Below, piece after piece: positions 36,769-48,000 of a stretch of DNA of 64,000 nt (position 1 is its first letter; each line of letters opens with the position of its first letter). The notes below the pieces were generated by a model. It saw nothing but the letters and a program-made list of their open reading frames with translations. It did no database searches and was not told the origin of the DNA. This stretch comes from Octopus vulgaris (taxonomy: Eukaryota), in contig OX597836.1 of assembly GCA_951406725.2 (NCBI GenBank), positions 48,174,001 through 48,238,000 of the forward strand, written 5' to 3'. Made by a program: the position numbers and the translations under genes.

Positions 36769-39700
36769 CCTGCCTTTCATATATATACAGATAAAACTTA
36801 CTTGGAAATGGCTGCATGGCATTTGATCACATATATATGCATATAAACATACATATATGTACATACCTACATATATATGTATATATACAGGCATATATGG
36901 GTACAGGATGTCAAAAAAACGTAAACAAAATGGAAAACAAAAACATATAGAAACAAGAACATGGAAAATGAACTTTTTCGAACAACGAAAGAAACGAGAG
37001 AGGCAACATAAAGAACAATCCCTTCATCAGTTGTCCCGTTTTATCTACTCCGTGTTTCGAACATTGGGACAAGACGCAACTTCATTAAAGCAGTCGTTCC
37101 CGCAAAGCAAATTAAATAAAATCTGGGATTTGTGGAGGGTTAAAATGGTAACAAAAACAGGACAGAGAGAACAGTGAAGAAACGAGCTTTGACAAGAGAC
37201 AGGCAAAAGTGTGGTATCTCTATATATAAATGGCAAAATGCCTGCGTGTGTGTCCTTTATACAAATTCACAATTTTTCAGTTAGAGGGCTCGCACTTTCT
37301 ATAGTCATTCAAAACCATCCAAGGGTGGTCGTGCACATCTTTACATTTCCCCAGTCACCCCACAAAGCCATTAAAAAATCAAGAGAAGTGGCTTTTTTGT
37401 GAATTTTCTTTCCAAAACCCAATCAAAATGCCCGAAACTTGATACGCTAATTGAATGCCAGGTAGCTGTATGTGATTGGTCGGAGATTTGGACAGTACTC
37501 GCGTGTTTGTGCACACGCAGCTGTATATGCATGCACTAGCACTATGACCCAGCAACGCCGGGTCATAGTGCTAGTGTATATATGTATTATATATATATAT
37601 ATATATATATATAGATAATTTATATGATATATATGTATCCACAGGTAAATTATCAGTAATAAATTCTTACCTGTTTTAACTTTGATCCCTTTAACAGTCT
37701 TGTAAGGGGAACCCTTAGGATCTGTAAGACTTGTATGAGTTCTTTCCACTTTCTTGGTTAATTCCTCTAATCTCTTTTTGAGATTATCTATTTCTGGATC
37801 TGTTCCAGAGAGTATCTTTATGCCCCGACCATAAGATGTCCCTCGATGTAGAACAAGCTCCAATTCTTCATAAGCTGGTGGATTAACTAAATCCGGAGTT
37901 TTATGCTTTGGGCAATGAAGGTTGAAAAATTTTATAAACATTCCTGGCTGTAATAGAAAATAATCAGTTTATCAAAACCCTAATTCAGGTTTAATTGAGG
38001 TAAAAAAAAATTCAATACATTTCTTTTTTCATAAGTTAGACAAAGTTCTTAAGAAGTTTACTTTCCAATCAAATGGCTTAAGGTTCAGTCCCATTGCACA
38101 GCACCTTCAACAAGTGTCTCCTACTAAAGCCCTGGGCCAACCAAAGTCTTCAGAGAATTTGGTAGACAGAAACTGAAGAAACCTATTGTGTGTGTGTGTG
38201 TGTGCGCGTGTCCCTTTGTCTTGACATTACAGGAGTCGTAAACAATCATCATCATCATCATCATTCTATAAGTGGCATTATGTTTCCATTCATCCATGGA
38301 AAAAAGTGCAACCAATGTGAAATATTACAATGCTTGGAAATAGGTGAGGGTTAGCAACAAGAAGGGCCTCTGCCCATAGGCATTCTGCTTGAATAAATTT
38401 TGTCAGACCCATGGAAAATCATGGAAAAGAGGACAGTAAAACAATAATGCAGTGACAAAAGAGGAAGAGCATTCCTAAGATTTTTGCAGGACCCCAAAAA
38501 CGGAGAGATTCATTGAGTGTGAGCTTGAACATTTGCAAAAGGATGGCTGCAGGTAAAATAAGAGGAGATGGGGAATTCATTTGGAAAATAGATGCTCATC
38601 AGTGTGTGAAAATAGGCAGGCAACACTAAATTAGGAATAAGGCTAACGAGGCTTTTTAGGACATAATGAGTGCAACCTTTCTATTGGGCAGCTACATTGA
38701 AGTGAATCCGACAGTGTTGAGGGATTGATCGCAGGGACAGGTGTGGTGCCGTGTGGTTGAGAAGTTTGTTTCCCAACCACATGGCTTCAGGCTCAGTCCT
38801 ATTGTGCAGCACCTTGAAGAAATGTCTTCTACTACAGCTCCAGGCCAACCAATGCTTCGCAAGTGAATTTGATAGATGGAAACTGTGTGGAAGCCCAGTG
38901 TGTTTATTCCCCACCACCTCCCCACTGCTTGACAATGACAATTTGTTTACGTCTCCATAACTTAATGGCTTGGAATAAGATCCTGATAGGAGTACCAGAT
39001 TTTAAAATAAAGTACTAGGGTCAACCTAAACCCTTTCGTATCAGTGCTCCAGTATGGCCAGTCAAATAACTGAAACAAGATAAAAAATAAAAGATAAACC
39101 ATCCTTAATCTGTGTAATTAACACTTCATCTAAGAGGCTATCATTACAGACTTTCCATTAATACTTTCACTTGCTCTCACTAATTAATTATATTACTCTA
39201 TATCAATTTAATTAACAAGATGATTGAATTATTAGCACACTGGACAAGACACTTCACTGCATTTTGTCTGTCTCTGCTACGTTCTGAGTTCAAATCGCAC
39301 TGAGGTCAACTTTGTCCTTCATCCTTCCGGAATCTGTGAAATAAGTACCAGTTAAGCACTGGGGTTGGTGTAATTGACCCCTTTCCCCAAAATTTCAGGC
39401 CTTCTGCCTACAATAGAAAAGATATATCAATTTAATTAACAACACAGCATTAACGAGAAAACAAACCTTAATGGTCGCAGCTTTTTGAAAATGATCATCA
39501 AAGACACAGACATCAACCAACCAATCTTTGGCCACTTTCCTTAGTTCCATGTCAGTTTGCATAATCAGATTCCTTTCTGCTGCTTCAACAGTAAAGAGCG
39601 GACTGAAAAATATAAAAAAAGATAGAATTCCGAGTTAAAAAATCCTTTGAACTCTAAACTCTAAAGGAATATTTGACAAATTCATGATTATTTTAGAATT

Positions 39701-42700
39701 TAATTGAAACTGATGAAAGGTGTATTTTGGTCAGAAATACAGTAACGAAAGGGTTAATGTCTTTTCTGTCAGCATGGCTGAGATAGGAGTTAGCTGAGGC
39801 AAATTTTAGGCGCAGGAGTGGCTGTTTGGTAAGTAGCTTGCTAACCAACCACATGGTTCCGGGGTTCAGTCCCACTGCGTGGCATCTTGGGCACGTGTCT
39901 TCTGCTATAGCCCCGGGCCGACCAATGCCTTGTGAGTGGATTTGGTAGATGGAAACTGAAAGAAGCCTGTCGTATATATGTATATATATATAAGTGTGTG
40001 TGAATATGTTTGTGTGTCTGTTCCCCTAGCATTGCTTGACAACCGATGCTGGTGTGTTTACGTCCCCGTCACTTAGCAGTTCGGCAAAAGAGACCGATAG
40101 AATAAGTACTGGGCTTACAAAGAATAAGTCCCGGGGTCGATTTGCTCAACTAAAGGCGGTGCTCCAGCATGGCTGCAGTCAAATGACTGAAACAAGTAAA
40201 AAGAGTAAAAAAGAGTAAAATGAACAAATGAAAATCAATTTTAAGAAAGAACAGTTACAGAAGTCTGGTGCAAGCTTCTGCCTGGCCGACTCCTGTCAAA
40301 TCATCCAACCCATGCCAGCATGGAAAGCGGATGTTAAACAATGATGATGATGAACACTAGAGAAACATTGCTTCTTTCCTGAACCTTCCTGAACCTTAAT
40401 CTATTTAAATAGAATAATGGATTTATAGATAATCCCTTACTTGTAAAACAGGTAAGGGTTGACAGCAACAAGACCGTCCAGGTTTAAAAAGTTTGCCTCA
40501 GCTAACTCCTATCTCAGCCATGCTGACAGAAAAGACATTAACCCTTTCGTTACTGTATTTCTGACCAAAATACACCTTTCATCAGTTTCAATTAAATTCT
40601 AAAATAATCATGAATTTAGGCTGGTTTCATTAAATAACTAACTTTTTTTACTTATCAACAATGTGATATTTGGAACATAATTAAAGAAAGAGTTCTAAAT
40701 TCTATTGCATAACTTTTGTCTCAAAGTGACTTTAATTACAGGTAAATCCAGGTAAATTGAGCAAAAGGTAAAAATATTAAAATTCTGTTTAAACATCACC
40801 ATAGAAAATGAATCCTCAGCTAATATTCAAATGGGTATGCAACAAAATTTTGATAAAGAAGAATTGTGCACATCACTAGATCATCAGTTGAATTTAATGC
40901 ACAACAGGTGTACCATAAAGGTGGAATAAACTGAAATACTGGAATCCACCGTAGGTTTGACCGAACCAAAGAAATCAGTCAAAAAATAATATACAGCCCT
41001 GGTTATGGTATGGAAGTGATAAATTCCAGACCACATCGTTCCCTAGGCCATGCTGACTAACATTTTCCCTGTATAAAAACTAAATCCACAGCAGTACCCA
41101 GTATTTGCTTCACAAATTTTCCAAACTTTGATCCCCCATTTTGTGTTTGTTTACATTCCGTGTAAATTTGTTTCTGCAGTGATCACTTCAAACAATAAAT
41201 TCCAGACCATATCATTCCCTAGGCCATGCTGACTAACATTTTCCCTGTATAAAAACTAAATCTACAACAGTACTCAGTATTTGCTTCACAAATTTTCCAA
41301 ACTTTGATCCCCCATTTTGTGTTTGTTTACATTCTGCGTAACAGTTTGCTTCCACAGTGATCGCTTCAAACAAGCATACTGAAAAAAATAAAAGTCTAAT
41401 GGTTTCGCTTCTTAAGAAAGACTATAGATAAACTATCTCCCCAGAAAAATTGCTAATAAAAACATTTTTAAAGTTTTTACTTCATTCCGATGTAAAATTG
41501 TCTTTGCTGTCGCTATCGCCGCTTCGTTTCTTCGGATAAAAAAAATATCCTATTCATTATTTTGTACACCACGTGTTTTTGTACCTCATTCATTCTTTTT
41601 CTCGATATCTCCCTATTTTCCGTTGAAAAAGCTTTAAGTTCGGAATCAATGCTTGATGACATGAAACTCCTATCCATTTTCAAAGTTGAAGAAAAATCGA
41701 TGCCGAAAACAATGTGGAAAAAAACTTTCCCAAAATTCACTGAGTTGATGAGATATCACGTCAAGCAATGTTGGATACTATAACCCAACTATTTACAAAG
41801 TGAAATCACGTGTTTTAACGAATGTACCAACGAGATTTGGGTTCAAATTTACATTTAAATAACAATAGGTTCTCTTGGCCAGGTTGGTATTATGAACCAA
41901 AATATTTTTCGGCCGGCTACGGCCAGGTTAGTAACGACAGGGTTAAACAAAACAAATGTAAGAGCAGTAGCAGCAGCAGTGTTGCCATCCTCCTCCTCAT
42001 CATCATTTTAGCATCTTTTCCTTTGTTGCACGGTTCACACAAAACTACACTGGGGCAGACTTTTCTATGGTTGGACATTTTCCCTCATGTCAATGCTCAC
42101 CTGCTTCTAAGCAAGGTAATAATAATGTCCCAGTCTATTAAAGAGCACACAGCCTGGACATCGTTCCATGGTGAGCCAGAAGCAAATGCCACTTTTAGTA
42201 AGAGTCTTATGCCAACAATCCACCAAACTCCTAAACATAGAATTCCAAAACAAGCTTCTTCACTCCACAGCTAAGCCAATGGACAAGCTGTGAATGCCAT
42301 TCTATTTTTTTTCAAAATATTAGTCGGGTGTTCCATTTTTTACTTGCTTTTGAAGTTTGAAAAATTACTAATTCTAATTTGTGGAAATTTGATTCTGAAA
42401 ACATAGGCTCTTGATGAACCCTGATCAAAGGAATTGTTGACAAGGAAATAATGCTTACTTGGGTTGGGGGTCACAAGTTCTCTTAATTTGTATTAATAAT
42501 GAAGGAGAAACGGTTCCAACAGTGAATTAAAATAAGTTACAGACTCATTCGAACAAAACCTTCCACAGCACCATTCTTACAAGAGTTTTTACTTTTTTCT
42601 CCTTGAACTCCTAAGGCCGGTTCCCATGGTGAATAAGTGACTGATATCACAGCATTCTTCTTGAACAGGACATGCTAGTCCATCACTTTGAGAGGAGGCA

Positions 42701-45013
42701 GCAAGTCAATTACATCAACCCTAGTGTATGACTGGTATTCTATTTCATTGACGTCCCCACATACACACTTCCCCCAAAAGAATAAAAGGAAAAGTCGACC
42801 TACATGGGATTTGAACTCAGAATGTAAAGAAGTGGAAGAAATGCCACCAAGCATTTTGTCCGACATGCTAACGACTGCCAGCTCCCTGCCTTCTTACAAT
42901 ATGAGGAAGACTAAATCTCAGAGTGAATGCAGTGAAAAAAGAGAAAAGTTTTGCTGAAAGACAACAGAAGAAAAAAAAGTTGCTTTACTCACCAAGAAGG
43001 ACGGGTGCCATCCCAGACTTGAATTAAGAAGCAAACGCCTTGTTCAACAACAGACACAGCCACAACCTAAAGCAGTTTCAAGACCACAATTAATATTCCA
43101 ATAAAAACAATAATTGATTAATAAAAAAATATTAACTGAATAAATTAAATTCTTCCTGAATGCAATTCTAAAGACTTACAGCAAAGTTCATTGTCTCTCT
43201 AGGATTCCATACACCTCAGTGAAGTTACAATGTAATAGTTTTCTGATAACCATTGGCTTACTACCCACCCATTCTGCTTCCCTTATATTTACCTTTAACT
43301 TGAGGGTGCATGCCAAGACATCATCATCTCCTTTCGAACCGAGGTAACCATGTACCTCCTCCACAGCAAGATATCTGTTCCAGTTCCTTCCATCACATTG
43401 TATAAAACCACCTCCTTCTACAGGACATCCTCTCTCCCCACCTCAGTTGACTTATAAGTCACTTGGTGACCTCTGTCAGTGTTGGTGCCACATAAAGAGT
43501 ACCAACCCAGTCTACTCTGTAAAGCTGTTGGCATTGGGAAAGGCACCCAGCTGTAAAAACCATGCCTAAACAGTGGAGTTTGATGCAGTTCACTGGTTCG
43601 TCAGATCTCATTAAACCATCAGACCCATGCTAGCATGGAAAACAGACGTTAATAGTTTAGGGGATGACTCCTCACTGTTTATAAAGTGCTTAAGAAGGAC
43701 AGGTTCCAGTTGTGGACAAACTTTCATCCTCTTCAGTTTACTAAATTGAGGACAGCTGCATAAAGAAATGCCAATTACCGTAAGTGGATGGTACCCACAG
43801 AAGAGGGAGACCCAGAAAGATGTGGGATGAAGTGGTCTCAGGAAGCTGGGCCTCACAGAGGAAATGGCAATGGACCAGGATGCCTGGCAATATGAAGTTC
43901 TTGAGAAGACCCACCCACATGAGTGAAACTGAGTTCCAGAAGGTCTGTGTGTCCCACCCATACTTAAGAAAACTTCTCTCACTTAATCTCAACAAACCAA
44001 ACATCTCTTCTCTTCCTCACATTTCCACTTCATGCACTAGGCTTACCCTCCACCCCCCAATCATGTCTTCTGACCTGTGTGTTCCACCCACATGCTCTGT
44101 CTCACTGTATCATTGCTATCTGCTGGCCCCTGGCTTGTGTGTTCCACCCACACATAACAAGAAAACTTTCCACTCATCCTACCCCAACAAACCAGTCTAC
44201 ATTTCCACATCTCTTCTCTTCCTCCTTCAAACACCATGTCTACCTCTCACTCCCCAATCCTGTCCTCATGGCCCTGTTTTTCTGTATCATTGCTGTCTAG
44301 TACCCCTACCACTGACTAAATATACCCAAGTTTTCGCCACTCCCGCCTCTGCATTCTCTAATCATTCTTCCTCTTATATTATGATGTTCGAACCTCAAGG
44401 GTATGCCCTGGTACTTGCCACCATCTTTATCTCTCTCTTCCTTTACTCAACCATCCCATTTGTATTCTGATCCCTGTTCCTTGTGAGTATGCCTGGCACT
44501 TTGCCACCATCTCTATCCTGCTGTCTCCCACTTTCTCTCTCTCTCTCCTCCTGCACAGAAGTCTAGTGCAGGTTTCTGCCTGGCCAGCTCCTCTCAAACC
44601 GTCCAACCCATGCCAGCACGGAAAGTGGATGTTAAACCATGATGATAAAAAAAAACCCAAAAATATGTGTGAGAGCCATATGAACCATGTATAGGGGTTG
44701 TCAGTAAGGAGAGAATTGAGGAGTATAGTGGTAGAGTAATAAATTTAATGTGCAGGTACGAGTTCACCTGGGGCTCAGTTCTCAGTCCCTTCTTATTCAT
44801 TATAGTCCTTCAGGCCATAACAGAAGAGTTTAAGACTGCTTGTCCATGGGAACAGCTTTAGGTTGTAGAAACCGTGCCAAACCAGACAAGTGGAGCATGA
44901 TACAGCTCTACACTCATCAGGTCCAGTCAGCATGAAAAATAGACATTAAATGATGACTTCAAACTTTCAGTTACATTGATTGAGTCAAACAGAATTCCAA
45001 GTTTAACAAGTGG

Positions 45014-45044
<31 letters not shown>

Positions 45045-48000
45045 CCTTTTGTTGAAAAATTGTATTAAATTCCAGAAAGGAAAAAAAAGACTCAAAATGA
45101 ACAAGTCAACTTACTTGGCAAACAAAATCAAAATAAATTCCTTCTTTGAGTTGTTCAAGACTTTTTACCAAATCTTGGCACCTAAATTCTTGATTTTGTT
45201 GTTTAACACAAAACAATCTTTCAATCTACAAAAGACAAACAGCATTTTACTCAAATAGAAGCAAACCCCTAATTTTTCTTATATGTCATTTACACTTAAA
45301 GATCTTCTTAACACATCTTTAGTAGAGATATTTTCCAACTTAAAGTTCCCTTTCTCAACCCAGCTTTAAGGATCACAATTCAATGTAACGAACAAGTTCT
45401 GTGACTACAATTAGTGTTGGAGATATTGTAGTCTTCTTCAATGTAACAGAAAATCGAGTTTATAGAACTGTGTCACTCCAAAAAAGAGGTCAAAGAATTC
45501 CCTTTCCAAATGATGTTAGGAGAGAAGAGAAGGAAAGCTGAGGAGGTCAATGTATGAGGAAGATTAGTAAAATCCTTGCAACACCGGATTTCGTATGATG
45601 AGAAAATGGAATCCATAATAATAATGATGCTTAAGGAAAAGGTATTGGGAACAAATGGCAGCAAACCTAAGTTTCAGAAAAACTTTGACTTGAAAGAAAA
45701 CAGAAGTCAGCCTCCATTCTTTTTCAACTCTACAAGACATCTACCCCTGTCCTTCGATACCTCCTAATCTTTCATCAACTGGCACAAAGCCACCACTGCT
45801 GTCACTACTACTCCCTCTTCCCAAATGATGAGGTTTTTGCCCCCGTCAGTGCTGGTGCCACATAAAAATCAACCATGTACACTCTGCAAAGTGGTTGGCA
45901 TTAGGAAGAGCATCCAGCTGTAGAAGCCATGCTGAAACAGATGGCTGGTATGGCTCTGCAGCCTTGCCAGCTCTGGTCAAACCATCCAACCCATGCCAGC
46001 AAGGAAAACAGAAGACGTACGATGATGATAATGATAAAGAGAATATTCAATCAAATTTATCCCAAATCAATCAGATCAATATGGACAGACATGCATGGTA
46101 AATTATTCTTGTTGGTAGTAGTGATAAGTTAGGTTCAAACATCTCTAAAATAATCTGTCTTAAATAATAGCAAAATTAATGAGAATAATCTGTAGCACGG
46201 TAATGTTCTTACCATCTTTCGGTCAACATCTGTGAATGTATAATTGAGACTGGAAGCTTTAGGAACTAGGCAGCCATCACTTCGACTATCAACAACCAAC
46301 CAGGAGAAACCTTTTCCACTCGATCCTTGCAATTCCCCACTATGGAGATTAACCTAGAAACACAAACCATAATTTATTAAAGAATTGGTCACATTTATAG
46401 TTTCAGTGTTGTAAAGGACATGACATTTTCAGTTTCTATATCCATAACTAAAACGTGTGTTCTTTCTTCTTTGGCATTCCATCAGTTACAACATTGTGTA
46501 TTCCAGTCTATTTGATCAATGGAACAGCTTTGCTGGTGGCATTACTGTGCATGTTACAGAGCACTCCACAGACACATGTAGCCTTAACATAGTTCTTGGA
46601 GAGATGCAGCGAGACACAATTGGCAATAAAGCTAGCCTTTTCAATTCCGTGTACAACTCATTGTTGTCAGATGAGTGGAGATAAATTTAGTAAAACACGT
46701 GTATCTAGAGATAAATCTAGCAAAAGCTTCAAGACACTTTCAATGACTATTAACCAGTTCACAGCTCTGAGAGTAAGTGCCATCCATCAGGAATCGGATT
46801 CTTTTCTTTGGTCAATTCTAATGTACTGCAGGTTATCAAAGTAGTGTAGCCTCCCTTATGTGATAACCTCTTTTAAATCAAGCAACCCAAACAGGGAACT
46901 ATAGAGATCTGTCTAATAATAACAGTCATTGTTTGGCCCTAGGTCAGTCTTGACCAAGCAGACCAATGGTCAAAGACATTCCAGTAGTAACCATTCCATC
47001 TTTTCTGGACATAAATAGGTAGATAGATAGAAAGATGGCTACTGCCTTTATCATCTCTTGCTTCTTGAAGGATTTGCTCCAGCAATCCATCATTGCCGCC
47101 TATACTTTTAGCAATGGTCTCTGCAATTGGTAGGTTCTTGTAAAATGAAAAAAATGAAACAAAAGTATTTATGGAAAAAAAAGAAAAAAAAAGGAAAAAC
47201 AAGATTTGGATATTTACTCGTAATCTGTGGAATCTAACGATGCTACCAATTTTGACTTGGGGTAAACTTTCTTCACCATGTGCAAATAGCAAACATTTTA
47301 ACTTTTCATCAGCTTGAATCAGTGATTCATCAACAATTGTCACAATCATCAAGTAATCTGAAAAATAATCAGAGACAAACTCTTAAAATTATTTCTATTT
47401 CTCAAAATACATCCTGATCTCTCTCTCTCTCTCTGGCCAGGTAACTTTGTACCTCACCTACAGCAAGACCCCTGTTTCTGTCTCTGTATCTCATTCTCAT
47501 CTTTCATCATCTGACACAAGATCACCTCTTCCAATGCCCCCCCCCCCCCGTCCTCTCTCAAAAGCTTTTTTTGTCTTGCAAGGTACTTGGTGACCCTGTC
47601 AGTGCAGGTGCTACTTAAAAGCATCCAGCCCACACTGTAAAGTGGTTGACATTTGGAAGGGCATCCAGTTGTAAAAACCTTGCCAAAACTGACCTCGCCT
47701 GTGCTTGTACCACATAAAAAGCACTAATTCCTCTCTGCTGAGTGGTTGGTGTTAGGAAGGGCATCCAGCTGTAAAAATTCTGCAAAAACAGTCACAGAAG
47801 TCTGGTGCAGGTTTCTGCCTGGCCAGCTCCTCTCAAACTGTCCAACCCATGCCAGCATGGAAGGTGGATGTTAAACAATGATGATGATGATGAAAAAAAA
47901 AGCAAAAATGTGTGAGAACCATATGAACCATGTATAGGGGTTGTCAGTAAGGAGAGAATTGAGGAGTATAGTGGTAGAGTAATAAATTTAATGTGCAGGT

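Larger units (their letters stand above)
35089..36788 (-). mobile_element. Inverted second Helitron-like copy, interrupted by the Penelope-derived foldback
   Basis: Reverse complements of 35095-35200, 36341-36400 and 36590-36720 match 34888-34997, 34800-34870 and 34100-34230 respectively. Confidence 0.6.

Noticed and set aside
39809-39880. tRNA gene
   Set aside because: A/B-box-like head continues into SINE body and tail; many diverged copies and no proper cloverleaf
43784-44470. 228-aa ORF
   Set aside because: Begins in an RTE LINE 3' remnant (RRGRPRKMWDEVV) and continues through CT-rich low-complexity DNA inside a POT1 intron
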